Shown here: positions 1-9,289 of the stretch, in pieces
Layout of the letters: each line of letters begins with the position of its first letter
Numbering within the stretch: the stretch's first letter is position 1
Assembly: GCA_012963655.1 (NCBI GenBank)
Contig: DTVI01000026.1
Coordinates: 1-32,830 of the forward strand
Direction of reading: 5' to 3'
From: Sulfurimonas sp.
GTDB taxonomy: Bacteria > Campylobacterota > Campylobacteria > Campylobacterales > Sulfurimonadaceae
DNA length: 32,830 nucleotides
The notes under the pieces: generated by a model
Told to the model about the DNA's origin: nothing
Database searches by the model: none
What the model saw: the letters and a program-made list of their open reading frames with translations, nothing else
Made by a program: the position numbers and the translations under genes

Positions 1-2
1 TA

Positions 3-698
3 AAACGAAGACAGGAAGTAAAATCAACACTGATACAGGTAGGGCAGGAAGATGATATAGAATTAACAGATAATGAAAAAGTTAATAATATTTTGAAACT
101 TCTTACTGATGTTAAATCAGGTAAGGTTGTGGATCTAAAGAAATTGAATTTAGAAGATGATAATCCTCTTTTTATTGAAAATCAAAAAAATAGAATGATG
201 ACATCTGACTTAAGTTCAGAAGATATTTTGAATGAGTGTGAAAATTATAATGATGATGTTCTTGAAAAAGCTTATACTAATTATGCAGCTACTGCGCCTA
301 TGTTTGCTATACAAAAGTATCAAGAATATATTACTAAAGATGCCTTGTATATTATCTTGGCACGTGTAAACTCGGAAGAAAATATGCTTGAGGTTTCAAA
401 TGAGTCTTTACTTGGACTTATGGCTAGATTGGATCTTGTGAAGAATGATTATCTTTCAATTTCTCGAGAATTAAGTATTCATATGGATCCAGAACAACGT
501 ACAAATCTTTTTGAAACATTGGCAGATCAATATGAAGAAGCACATGAAGCGTTTTTATATACGCTTTTTGACTTAGAAATGATTGATACCGCTAAAGAGT
601 TCTTAGAAACACAAGGGGAAAATGATGCTATGAAATGTAGAGCCTACTTAGCCCTTAAAGAATCAGGACATAATTTTAATATCAATCTTTTTATCTAA
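3..698 (+). CDS. hypothetical protein, probably 5'-partial at the window edge
   Basis: The listed ORF starts at TTG 93, but the same frame has no stop from nt 3 onward (KRRQEVKSTLIQVGQEDDIELTDNEKVNNIL-KLLTD...). The gene therefore probably starts upstream of the window. The protein is acidic and helical, with no motif I recognise. Confidence 0.45.
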   Translation, partial: KRRQEVKSTLIQVGQEDDIELTDNEKVNNILKLLTDVKSGKVVDLKKLNLEDDNPLFIENQKNRMMTSDLSSEDILNECENYNDDVLEKAYTNYAATAPMFAIQKYQEYITKDALYIILARVNSEENMLEVSNESLLGLMARLDLVKNDYLSISRELSIHMDPEQRTNLFETLADQYEEAHEAFLYTLFDLEMIDTAKEFLETQGENDAMKCRAYLALKESGHNFNINLFI

Positions 699-704
699 CT
701 CTTT

Positions 705-736
705 CTCAAAATAAAAGCAAAGCTTTTTATTTTGAG
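705..736 (+). terminator. possible intrinsic terminator hairpin after the first ORF
   Basis: A perfect 12-bp inverted repeat ctcaaaataaaa (705-716) / ttttattttgag (725-736) flanks an 8-nt loop, 7 nt after the stop at 698. The stem is AT-rich and no clear T-run follows, so this is weak. Confidence 0.3.
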
Positions 737-801
737 ACCTCTAAAGAAACTTTATACGCCTTCGCGTTACAATACTGCAATTAAATTATCAGGAATTATT
801 A

Positions 802-1356
802 ATGAGTTTAGAAAAAGACTTACAATCACGTAGCAATAATCAATGTGAATTATGTACATCAATAGATAACTTAAGTATTTTAGAAGTATCTCCTTCAGAT
901 GGTAGTATAGACCAAAGTGTTTATGTATGTTCTACATGTAAAGAACAAATCGAAGATAAAGATAAAATGGATGAAAACCATTGGCATTGTCTTAATGATA
1001 GTATGTGGAGTGAAGAAACGGCGGTTAAGGTAGTTGCTTACCGTATGTTTTCTCGTTTAAAGAACCAAGAGATGCTTGATATGCTCTACCTTGAAGAAAA
1101 TGAAAAAGCATGGGCAGAGTCTACTTTAAATGCTGAAAATCAAGAACCTACACGTGATTCTAATGGAACTATCTTGCAAGCAGGGGATTCAGTTTCTGTT
1201 ATTAAAGACTTAGTGGTTAAGGGTGCAGGTTTTACTGCGAAGCAGGGTACTACTGTTAAAAATATTCATTTAGTTCCTGGAAATTGTGAGCAGATAGAAG
1301 GGCGTGTAAACGGAACTAAGATAGTTCTTCTTTCGTGTTATCTTAAGAAGTCATAG
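802..1356 (+). CDS. phnA: PhnA-family zinc-ribbon protein (long form)
   Basis: The N-terminus has CxxC...CxxC (CELC, CSTC). The C-terminus reads DSNGTILQAGDSVSVIKDLVVKGAGFTAKQGTTVKNIHLV...LLSCYLKK, which matches the conserved PhnA/YjdM C-terminal domain pattern (DSNGN.L.DGDSV..IKDLKVKG....K.GTKVKNIRLV). Confidence 0.8.
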   Translation: MSLEKDLQSRSNNQCELCTSIDNLSILEVSPSDGSIDQSVYVCSTCKEQIEDKDKMDENHWHCLNDSMWSEETAVKVVAYRMFSRLKNQEMLDMLYLEENEKAWAESTLNAENQEPTRDSNGTILQAGDSVSVIKDLVVKGAGFTAKQGTTVKNIHLVPGNCEQIEGRVNGTKIVLLSCYLKKS

Positions 1357-1408
1357 GCTTCTTAAAACTAAGTGTCTTTATATAATAAGAAGGATTCTTG
1401 ATCTAAAA

Positions 1409-1429
1409 GGAGGTTTACAATAAACCTCT
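1409..1429. terminator. short hairpin at the 3' end of the pldA remnant, between convergent genes
   Basis: gaggttta (1410-1417) and taaacctc (1421-1428) form a stem with a 3-nt loop. On the minus strand it is followed by CCTTTT. This may be a residual terminator. Confidence 0.3.
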
Positions 1430-2040
1430 AGAAAATGAAAAACCAAAAGAGGTCTTCACAAGCTCTTTATCATAATCGATTAAACTCTCACCATACCCAT
1501 AAAAGACCTTAGCATACCAAAGGTATTACTTGATTCAAAAAGTGGGTAAGACCAAGCTATTTGAGCTGCTCCCTTGTTCTCACTGTTTAAACGCAGGTTG
1601 TTTCTAAATAAAAAACTAAATTAATTATTACCCGCTAAGTAATCCACGGTTATATCTCCATATCCTAAATATTTTTGAATGTTTGGATTATCATCTCCAT
1701 CTTCGTTCGCTGCGTTTAGACCACTCGCCTTGTCTATGATTTGTGAGGTAGGGATAATTATAAATAGCTAAGGTAGATAATTGGTTTCTCTAAAAGGTCC
1801 TGAATCAGAATATAATTGCCACCAGACTTTTTGGGTGTAAGCCACACTAATAAAGTCATTCATACCTAAAAGGTTGTAACTTAGTTGTTTTTTTAAACTG
1901 ATTTGAAATTCAACTTGAGTAAAAGAATTATAAAGCTAAGCTTGATGGGAACATTAGTGTAGAAACGAGGTTTTAAGGACTGGGTAAGAAAACTTGAAAA
2001 TAATAAAAAGTCGTACTTGATAGGTTTTATAGGGTACTAT
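1415..2040 (-). pseudogene. pldA: outer-membrane phospholipase A (OMPLA/PldA) remnant
   Basis: The minus-strand translation gives ...VEFQISLKKQLSYNLLGMNDFISVAYTQKVWWQLYSDSGPFRETNYLP*LF...EDGDDNPNIQKYLGYGDITVDYLAGNN*FSFLFRNNLRLNSENKGAAQIAWSYPLF..., then a frameshift near 1516-1530, then FYGYGESLIDYDKELVKTSFGFSFSRGLL*. These are hallmark OMPLA blocks (YTQ.S.WQLY, SPFRETNYEP, DDNPDI..Y.GY, GYGESLIDYN). In-frame stops lie at 1954-1956, 1936-1938, 1768-1770 and 1621-1623. The segment that should hold the catalytic H.SNG block is missing, and the N-terminus is absent. Confidence 0.75.
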
Positions 2041-2042
2041 TA

Positions 2043-2564
2043 TTAAAAACTTGCCCACCACATTCTTATCATCAGACCAAGGGTTGAGGTATATCCGACT
2101 TCTGTAAAGCTAAGCTGACCTTTTGTATTATAAATAAAAGAAGTAGGGTAAGCTTTGACCTTAAAGCCTTGAGACAAAAGACCTTCTTCATCATTTATCA
2201 CCTTAAAGTTTAAAGTATTCTCTTGCATGTAGGCATTTATCTTAACATCAGAACCAGACTTAACGGCAATAGTAATGACATTATAATTGTCAGAAATATA
2301 TTGGATATTTGATGCTTCTAATTTACAAGTTGGACACCATGTGGCCCAGAAATGTACAAGTATAGGCTTCTTCTCATAAGTTGAAGTAGAAAAAGGTTCT
2401 TGATTAATTAAGAAGGTAGATATTTGAGGAAGACCCTCATTATCTAGGCTTGGGGATCGAAGGTAACTCATAAGATTAGAAATAAGAAATATTATCAAGC
2501 CCATAAAAGCCAACTCTTTAGCCCAATGTCTTAGTCTTTGTTTCAAAGCCTTCTTACTTACCAT
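2043..2564 (-). CDS. membrane-anchored TlpA/ResA-family thiol:disulfide oxidoreductase
   Basis: An N-terminal TM helix is followed by a thioredoxin fold with the HFWATWCPTCK active site (WCPTC). It overlaps the upstream ABC-F gene by 11 nt. Confidence 0.8.
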   Translation of the reverse strand: MVSKKALKQRLRHWAKELAFMGLIIFLISNLMSYLRSPSLDNEGLPQISTFLINQEPFSTSTYEKKPILVHFWATWCPTCKLEASNIQYISDNYNVITIAVKSGSDVKINAYMQENTLNFKVINDEEGLLSQGFKVKAYPTSFIYNTKGQLSFTEVGYTSTLGLMIRMWWASF

Positions 2565-4506
2565 TAATTATTTCAACTTTTTCTTCTATCGCAAGGAGCT
2601 CTTCAATCTTTGTTTCATATTCAGCTTCTTTTTCTTCAAGCTCCTTAGAAAGCTCAGTCAGACCTAGGTCTTGATAACAATCAGGATTAGCTAAACAAGT
2701 ATTGATTTCTTCAATCTTTTTTTCGATTTCTTCTATTTTGGAAGGAAGGACTTTAAGTGCTTCTTTTTCTTTAAAGCTAAGTTTGAATACTTCTTGTTTT
2801 AATTTAGGTGCCATTTCCTTTATGATTTCTTTCTTCATCTCAGGAGAGCTTTCAAGATCGGCTAATAGATTAAGCGTTTTTTCAATGTTTAGGTATTCTG
2901 AGTATTCTTGGAAAGACTCTTCTATAAGACCTTTTCCCTTGAAGATAAGAAGTTTTTTAGCAATCTTATCCACAAAGTATCTATCATGAGATACGATAAC
3001 AACAGCGCCTGGAAAGTTTTGAAGCTTTTCTTCTAAGATGTTGATAGTGGGGATATCTAAGTCATTGGTAGGTTCATCAAGTATCATAATATCAACATTT
3101 TTCGTAAAAAGTAGGGCAAGGGCAATTCTATTTTTTTCCCCTCCACTTAAAACACCAATTTTCTTTTCAAGATATTCCCTAGGGAAAAGAAAGTTTTTTA
3201 AGTATCCATATACATGCATGTTTTGACCCATAACATCAACTCTATCACCCCCATCAGGACAAAAGGTTTCAATAAGGTTTCTATCATCATCAAGCATTTC
3301 TCTATGTTGATCAAAATAACCAACCGTAAACTCACCTTGATCAATTTTTCCAGCATCAGGCTGAATACGCCCAAGTAGAAGTTTTAAAAGTGTAGACTTA
3401 CCTGTTCCATTTGGCCCAACAATAGCAATAACATCTTTTTGTAAGATACGGATAGAGAAGTCTTTAATAAGTTGTTTGTTTGCAATAGCGTAAGACATAT
3501 CTTCCACTTCAAATAACATCTTTTGCTTATTAACAGACTTATCTCTTTGAAAGTTTTTTTGCTCTCTTTCAAGCTCAACTTTCATTTTTCTAATTTGAGC
3601 AGGGTTTGTCTTAGCCTCATCTCTTAAATCCATAAGTCGGGCTTTTCTTCCCTCATTTCGTTTTAGTCTTGCCCGTACGCCTCTAGCGTACCATTCATTC
3701 TCACTCTTAAGTGTTTTTAAAAGATTATCATGTTGTTTTTGCATGGTACGCATAATCTCAGACTTAAGATCGATATAAGAAGAATATCCCCCTCTAAAAG
3801 AGCGTATCTCACCATTATCTACTTCAACGGTACGTGTAGCGATGCGGTCAATAAAATATCTATCATGTGAGATGAAAAGTAGGGTGAATTTTTCTCTTAA
3901 AATAAGTTCTTCTAAAAACTCAACCATATATACATCAAGGTGGTTGGTAGGTTCATCAAGTAATAAAACATCAGGTTTAAGAAGAAGTAGACCGGCAAGG
4001 GCAACACGTCTTTGCTCACCTCCACTTAATATGTCTATATTCTTATGCTCATACTCTTTGAGCTGAAAATGCTCTAAGATACGCTCAATCTTATCATCTA
4101 AGTTCCAAGCTGAATGGTGGTCTAAGTAGCTTGATAAGTCAGAATGTTCTTTTAAAAGTTCTTCATTTTCATAATCCTCACCTAGAAGTAGAGATAACTC
4201 ATCAAAACGTACATTAGCTTTTTGAAGATCACCTAAGCCATCTTCAACGGCTTGTCTAACGGTTGCTCCTACCTTAAACTTAGGGACTTGGTCAAGCATC
4301 TTAATCTCAAGACTTTGCTTTACAATTCTTTCTCCCTCATCAAAGTCAAGCATACCTGAGGCTATCTTCATAAGGGTAGACTTACCTGAACCATTTTTAC
4401 CAACTACTACTACTCGTTCACCTTCTTCAAGGTTAAAGGTTGTATTAACTAAAATTTTCTGAGCCGAATAATGTTTGTGAATATTTAAGAGGTCAATCAG
4501 TGCCAT
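2554..4506 (-). CDS. ABC-F family ATPase (Uup-like: two NBDs plus a C-terminal coiled coil)
   Basis: There are two Walker A motifs (GKNGSGKST, GPNGTGKST), two signatures (LSGGEQRR, LSGGEKNR) and two Walker B motifs (LLLDEPTNHLD, MILDEPTNDLD). No TM domain is present, and the tail is a charged helix. Confidence 0.9.
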   Translation of the reverse strand: MALIDLLNIHKHYSAQKILVNTTFNLEEGERVVVVGKNGSGKSTLMKIASGMLDFDEGERIVKQSLEIKMLDQVPKFKVGATVRQAVEDGLGDLQKANVRFDELSLLLGEDYENEELLKEHSDLSSYLDHHSAWNLDDKIERILEHFQLKEYEHKNIDILSGGEQRRVALAGLLLLKPDVLLLDEPTNHLDVYMVEFLEELILREKFTLLFISHDRYFIDRIATRTVEVDNGEIRSFRGGYSSYIDLKSEIMRTMQKQHDNLLKTLKSENEWYARGVRARLKRNEGRKARLMDLRDEAKTNPAQIRKMKVELEREQKNFQRDKSVNKQKMLFEVEDMSYAIANKQLIKDFSIRILQKDVIAIVGPNGTGKSTLLKLLLGRIQPDAGKIDQGEFTVGYFDQHREMLDDDRNLIETFCPDGGDRVDVMGQNMHVYGYLKNFLFPREYLEKKIGVLSGGEKNRIALALLFTKNVDIMILDEPTNDLDIPTINILEEKLQNFPGAVVIVSHDRYFVDKIAKKLLIFKGKGLIEESFQEYSEYLNIEKTLNLLADLESSPEMKKEIIKEMAPKLKQEVFKLSFKEKEALKVLPSKIEEIEKKIEEINTCLANPDCYQDLGLTELSKELEEKEAEYETKIEELLAIEEKVEIINGK

Positions 4507-4733
4507 AATATATCTTTATAGTTTTTTCTAAGCTAGCATTTTACTAGTAAAACGATAGCTTTAATTTTTAGAATTATAGCTTATTCACCTTAGATGGCAG
4601 GCTAAGACAAAATTGTCATAATTTTGGCTTGTTGATGTGTAAAAACGCAAATTTGTAAATTAGTTTTTTCCCTTCCTCTTTAACCGACTCCTTTACACAC
4701 CAACGAAGCGAACCCATTCCCTTTAACCGTTCT

Positions 4734-5249
4734 ATGGTAAAGTTTCATATGAGCGAATTAAAATATATTAAACATTATCATCCTGATACCCAAGCCCAAG
4801 TACATGCACTTATTAAAAACGACAAACTGTCTGAACATATATTAAGCAAGTACCCTTATAGTCATAATATTAGAACAGACAAGGCTTTGTTTTCGTATAT
4901 TATGGATTATAAAAATGAACATATGAAAAAGTCTGATCCCCTTTCTAAAGCCTTATATGATGGAAAGGTACAAACCTTTAATGCCTTAGGTACACATAGG
5001 TTTATTTCACGTGTGCAAGGTGGAAAACTAAAGGCAAAAAATGAAATTAGAGTAGCCCCTATCTTTAAGTCTATGCCTGAAGAGTTTTTGCGAATGATAG
5101 TAGTACATGAGCTTGCGCATTTCAAAGAAAAAGAACATAATAAGGCTTTTTATAAACTTTGTGAATATATGGAACCTTCGTATCATCAACTAGAATTCGA
5201 CCTTAGACTGTACCTTACTCAGATAGATTTAGCAGGTAAACTTTATTAA
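4734..5249 (+). CDS. YgjP/DUF45-like (M48-type) metal-dependent hydrolase
   Basis: The HELAH zinc motif occurs in the context VVHELAHFKEKEHNKAFYKLCEYMEP, which is typical of the DUF45/SprT-like family. The start could instead be ATG 4752 (MSELKYIK). Confidence 0.65.
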   Translation: MVKFHMSELKYIKHYHPDTQAQVHALIKNDKLSEHILSKYPYSHNIRTDKALFSYIMDYKNEHMKKSDPLSKALYDGKVQTFNALGTHRFISRVQGGKLKAKNEIRVAPIFKSMPEEFLRMIVVHELAHFKEKEHNKAFYKLCEYMEPSYHQLEFDLRLYLTQIDLAGKLY

Positions 5250-5370
5250 AGGATATATTATTTTATTCTAGACAACTCGTGTTATAAATAAGTCAATAAC
5301 GATTTTTTACATTAGGATGTTACTATTTATTATATATGTATTAGTAGGATATTTAATCTAGGAATCGACT

Positions 5371-5667
5371 ATGAACAATAGTGATAAATTAGCCTTTCTA
5401 TCCTTCCTATACCTAATGCCCTTAGTATGGCTAAGCATTATTCTTTCAAGTAGTTTTTTATCATATTTATATGTCCAAGATGCATTAAGGCTAAGTGTTA
5501 AAGAAGATATCACGCAACATATCTCAGAGCGATTTTTACATGCTAATGAACATTTAAATAATACCCTAAAGCTAGAGATAGAAGAATCAGATCTTATAAG
5601 TATACAAGATGTGTTTACATCTAAGGATGACCCAAATGTGATTTTTGGATATTCAAAAACAAGCTGA
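5371..5667 (+). CDS. hypothetical small membrane-anchored protein
   Basis: 98-aa ORF with one N-terminal hydrophobic helix (LAFLSFLYLMPLVWLSIILSS). No recognisable domain. It may be a remnant of a larger sensor gene. Confidence 0.35.
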   Translation: MNNSDKLAFLSFLYLMPLVWLSIILSSSFLSYLYVQDALRLSVKEDITQHISERFLHANEHLNNTLKLEIEESDLISIQDVFTSKDDPNVIFGYSKTS

Positions 5668-5773
5668 ATTTATTTTTTGGGTAAATAAAGAGACTTTTTA
5701 CGTATTAGCATACAAAAAGAGATGGAAGAACATGTGGGCTTAATGTTAAATGTCATCTTCTATTATTTGTTTA

Positions 5774-6154
5774 CTACTTAGTGTTTAAGATAGCAAGATG
5801 CGAACTACTTGTGCAAATAAGAACATCATCACAAAAGACTTCTACATTAACAAAGCCCATCGTTTTACCTAGTTTGATCAGCTTCCCCACAGCCTTTAAA
5901 TTTTTTCCCTTTCCCGGGCGAAGATAGTTTAAAGTTAATTCTTGGGTCATAGCTGTTTGACCTAGCTTAAGATGAGGTTCAAGTACAAACCAACCTGTAT
6001 TATCTGCAAGTGTAGAGATAACACCACCATGAATATATCCTAAGTGCTGCAAATGTTCTTTCTTTATCTGTATAGACAAGACAGCACCATCCTCATCACT
6101 TACTTCAACAACACATCCGATATAGTCCAAAAAGTTGAAAGATTCTTTACTCAT
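5774..6154 (-). CDS. PaaI/4HBT-type hotdog-fold thioesterase
   Basis: The YIHGGVISTLADNTG motif and the 126-aa size are typical of PaaI-family thioesterases. Confidence 0.75.
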   Translation of the reverse strand: MSKESFNFLDYIGCVVEVSDEDGAVLSIQIKKEHLQHLGYIHGGVISTLADNTGWFVLEPHLKLGQTAMTQELTLNYLRPGKGKNLKAVGKLIKLGKTMGFVNVEVFCDDVLICTSSSHLAILNTK

Positions 6155-6315
6155 ATAATTATTATAGCCTAAGCTAAGCTCAATTCAAAGTAACAAATAA
6201 AAAAGAATTTACTAAAAAGCCATCAACTTTTAGGGACGATTAATGCAAATGCTTCTATAATCGCGTCATTATTTTAAAAAGGTGGGCATGGCCCACTTTG
6301 ACAAGGGACAGGTAA

Positions 6316-7020
6316 ATGGAAGGTCGTTTATTTACATTTTTTGGTAGTCTAGGTGAAATGTTTGGTTATGTTGGACATGACAATCATACGGTTATTTTTT
6401 TAACACATATGCTGTTAAGTGCATTTCTTGTACTTGTTATTGCTAAGGTTGCAACAGCAAGTTTACGTTTAGTTCCAACAGGTACACAAAATGTTATGGA
6501 AGCTTACCTTGGTGGTGTATTATACATGGGTACAGATGTAATGGGAAGAGAAGAAGCACGTAGATATCTTCCTCTTGTAGCTACTATTGGTTTATTCGTT
6601 GTTGTAGCTAACTTAATTGGTGTTGTTCCCGGTTTTGAAGCACCAACATCAAGCCTTAACATGACTTTAGCTCTTGCTCTTGTTGTTTTCTTTTACTACA
6701 ACTTCGAAGGTATTCGTCGTCAAGGTGTGATTAAATACTTCAAGCACTTCTTAGGACCTGTTTGGTGGTTATACTGGTTAATGTTCCCTATTGAGATTGT
6801 TTCTCATATATCAAGAATTATTTCTTTATCTTTCCGTTTATTTGGAAATGTTAAGGGTGATGATATGTTCTTGATGGTTCTTTTAATGCTGACACCTTGG
6901 ATTTTCCCAATGGTTCCTTTTGCATTATTAACATTTATGGCACTTCTTCAAGGTTTCATCTTTATGATGCTTACATACGTATACCTTGGTGGCGCTATAG
7001 TTGTTGCAGACGATCACTAA
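6316..7020 (+). CDS. atpB: F0F1 ATP synthase subunit a
   Basis: A polytopic membrane protein carrying the conserved LSFRLFGNV stretch (essential Arg) and a C-terminal LLQGFIFMMLTYVYL, characteristic of subunit a. Confidence 0.9.
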   Translation: MEGRLFTFFGSLGEMFGYVGHDNHTVIFLTHMLLSAFLVLVIAKVATASLRLVPTGTQNVMEAYLGGVLYMGTDVMGREEARRYLPLVATIGLFVVVANLIGVVPGFEAPTSSLNMTLALALVVFFYYNFEGIRRQGVIKYFKHFLGPVWWLYWLMFPIEIVSHISRIISLSFRLFGNVKGDDMFLMVLLMLTPWIFPMVPFALLTFMALLQGFIFMMLTYVYLGGAIVVADDH

Positions 7021-7032
7021 GGAACCTTCCTT

Positions 7033-7320
7033 ATGAAAAAAAGCCTTTTTGAGACACTTCTTAGTTTTCTTCTAGGCATTTCTTTCGCCTTCCTTATTAT
7101 AGGAAGCGCACTTACTTTTAAAATTTTTCTTGACTTCGGTTTGTATTCTGCAATTTTTTCAACTATTATCTTTATTTTTATAACTCTATTTTTTATTCTT
7201 ATACTAGAAAGTATGAATTTATACAGAGAAGGGTATGAAGAAAAGAAAAAACAAACAAGATTACTTTTTGAAATCAGAGAGCTTTTAAAGAAAGAACAAC
7301 CTCAATTAGAAGATGATTAA
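7033..7320 (+). CDS. small membrane protein, unknown function
   Basis: 95 aa with two or three hydrophobic helices and a charged tail. It sits 12 nt after atpB and overlaps the next gene by 8 nt, so it is probably co-transcribed. Confidence 0.5.
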   Translation: MKKSLFETLLSFLLGISFAFLIIGSALTFKIFLDFGLYSAIFSTIIFIFITLFFILILESMNLYREGYEEKKKQTRLLFEIRELLKKEQPQLEDD

Positions 7321-7855
7321 GTCTTATTTTATTACAGACCCTTCTATCATAGGCTCAACTTCTTTAAGTTTATTAGAGTCTCTTCCTAAAATCATTGATA
7401 TATACAAGCCTGATTACATCTCTCTAAGAGATAAAAATACTTCTTTTTACCCGGTCTTAGCAGAGTCCTTTTTAAGCTTAAAGGGAAGTCATAAAGCACT
7501 TCTTCATGGTCATGTTGACTTAGCTATATCTTTAGGCGCTTATGGGGTCCATGTGACCTCTACTCAGTATGATGAAATTGCTAAGGCAAAAGATGCTGGT
7601 TTGTATGTTATTGCTTCTACACACTCCTTAGAAGAGGCGGAGAAAGCCTCTTTAGCAGATGCCATTACGTATAGTCCAATCTTTGCCTCTCCCAATAAGG
7701 GAAAGCCCAAGGGTTTAGCGGATTTAAAAGAAATAGTGGGTAAAATAAAAACAAATATATTTGCACTAGGTGGAATTACCACACAAGAGCAAATCAAGCA
7801 GGTTGAAACTACAGGTATTTACGGCTTTGCTTCCATAAGACACTTTAAACTATAA
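7313..7855 (+). CDS. thiamine-phosphate synthase (ThiE/TenI) family protein
   Basis: YFITDP near the N-terminus, ISLRDK, GVHVTS, ASTHS, YSPIF.S, and ALGGI near the C-terminus follow the TMP-TENI family layout. Confidence 0.7.
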   Translation: MIKSYFITDPSIIGSTSLSLLESLPKIIDIYKPDYISLRDKNTSFYPVLAESFLSLKGSHKALLHGHVDLAISLGAYGVHVTSTQYDEIAKAKDAGLYVIASTHSLEEAEKASLADAITYSPIFASPNKGKPKGLADLKEIVGKIKTNIFALGGITTQEQIKQVETTGIYGFASIRHFKL

Positions 7856-7867
7856 AAGGCTTTATAC

Positions 7868-9289
7868 ATGTTCGAAACAGTTATTGGACTAGAAGTTCAT
7901 ACGCAATTAAATACAAAATCTAAATTATTTTGTTCATGTGCTACCTCATTTAATGCACAACAAAACTCAAATACCTGTCCAACATGTTTAGCCCTTCCCG
8001 GAGCACTTCCTGTTTTAAATAAAGAAGTTGTTCATAAGTCCATTATGCTTGGAACTGCTATTGACGCAACTATCAATAAGACCTCGTACTTTGACAGAAA
8101 GTCATACTTTTACCCCGATAGCCCAACGGCTTATCAAATCACTCAGCTTTATACTCCCGTAGTTGAACACGGTAGACTTGAGATTGACTTTGAAGATGGA
8201 AGCAAAAAAAGTATTCGTATTAACCGTGCGCATATTGAAGCAGACGCAGGTAAGAATATTCATGATGGTCCTGTTTCAAAGGTTGATCTAAATAGAGCAG
8301 GGACACCACTTCTTGAAATTGTCTCTGAGCCAGATATGCGAACATCAGAAGAAGTTGTTTTATACTTAAAGAAGCTTCATTCAATTGTACGTTATTTGGA
8401 CATCTCAGACGCTAATATGCAAGAAGGTTCATTTCGTTGTGATGTAAATGTTTCTATCCGACCTAAGGGTGATGAAAAACTTTATACAAGAGTAGAAATT
8501 AAAAACCTTAATAGCTTCAAGTTTATTGAAAAAGCGATTGCTGTTGAAGTAGAAAGACAGACGATTGCTTGGGAAGATGGTGTGTATGATGATGAAATTC
8601 TTCAAGAAACACGTCTTTATGATCAAGATAAGCAAGAAACACGCTCTATGAGAGGAAAAGAAGGTGCTGCGGATTATAGATACTTCCCAGAACCTGATCT
8701 TCTTCCTGTGAAGATTGATGCAATGCTTGAAAAGTATTCTAAGATACCTGAACTACCCAACGAAAAACGCGATCGTTTCATATCTGAGTACAAGCTTAGT
8801 ACCTATAATGCAAATGTAATCACGGCCTCATTAGAGATGGCAGACTTCTTTGAAGATATGTTAAAAGAAGGTGGTACACCAAAAACTGCTACAACATGGC
8901 TAACAGTTGAGCTTCTAGCGCGTTTAAAAGGTGGTCTAAGCTTATCTACTTCACCTGCAAACTCAAAGACTATGGGACAACTTGTAAATCGAATTGATGA
9001 CCAAACTATTTCAGGTAAGGCAGCTAAAGAAGTTCTGGATTATCTAATGGAAAATGACTCTGATGTTGACTCTGCTATTGATAAACTAAATCTTAAGCAA
9101 GTTACAGACACAGGTGCGATTGAAGCTATGTGTGATGAAGTTATTGGGGCAAATGAAGATAAGGCTGAACAATATAGAGGCGGAAAAGATAAACTAATTG
9201 GCTTCTTTGTAGGTCAGGTTATGAAGGCCTCTAATGGTTCTGCTAATCCTCAGGTTGTTAATGAGATCTTAAAAGCTAAGTTGGGCTAG
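7868..9289 (+). CDS. gatB: Asp-tRNA(Asn)/Glu-tRNA(Gln) amidotransferase subunit B
   Basis: N-terminal [22 protein letters not shown], then [32 protein letters not shown] and a C-terminal GatB/YqeY domain ([17 protein letters not shown]). Confidence 0.95.
   Translation: MFETVIGLEVHTQLNTKSKLFCSCATSFNAQQNSNTCPTCLALPGALPVLNKEVVHKSIMLGTAIDATINKTSYFDRKSYFYPDSPTAYQITQLYTPVVEHGRLEIDFEDGSKKSIRINRAHIEADAGKNIHDGPVSKVDLNRAGTPLLEIVSEPDMRTSEEVVLYLKKLHSIVRYLDISDANMQEGSFRCDVNVSIRPKGDEKLYTRVEIKNLNSFKFIEKAIAVEVERQTIAWEDGVYDDEILQETRLYDQDKQETRSMRGKEGAADYRYFPEPDLLPVKIDAMLEKYSKIPELPNEKRDRFISEYKLSTYNANVITASLEMADFFEDMLKEGGTPKTATTWLTVELLARLKGGLSLSTSPANSKTMGQLVNRIDDQTISGKAAKEVLDYLMENDSDVDSAIDKLNLKQVTDTGAIEAMCDEVIGANEDKAEQYRGGKDKLIGFFVGQVMKASNGSANPQVVNEILKAKLG

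Noticed and set aside
2702-4066. Four listed ORFs inside the ABC-F gene region: 2702-2989, 3038-3226 and 3842-4066 on the plus strand, and 3384-3578 on the minus strand.
   Set aside because: All lie entirely within the well-supported 650-aa ABC-F CDS, either antisense or in an alternative frame. Their translations are low-complexity Ser/Phe/Ile-rich strings typical of shadow ORFs.
4632-4729. In the 227-bp divergent intergenic region: an imperfect 12-bp inverted repeat (ttgatgtgtaaa at 4632-4643 / tttacacaccaa at 4692-4703) enclosing an unusually C-rich stretch, plus a 9-bp direct repeat ctttaaccg (4678-4686 and 4721-4729).
   Set aside because: It could be a 5' leader structure or operator for the DUF45 hydrolase gene. 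It has one mismatch and a long unstructured loop, and I recognise no riboswitch or sRNA consensus. That is too weak to call without covariation data.
5656-5743. A possible frameshift at the A5 run (tcaaaaaca) that would extend the 98-aa ORF into a +2 frame reading QAEFIFWVNKETFYVLAYKKRWKNMWA*.
   Set aside because: There is no homology or motif to support either the short or the extended product. An open stretch of 27 codons in AT-rich DNA is not significant by itself.
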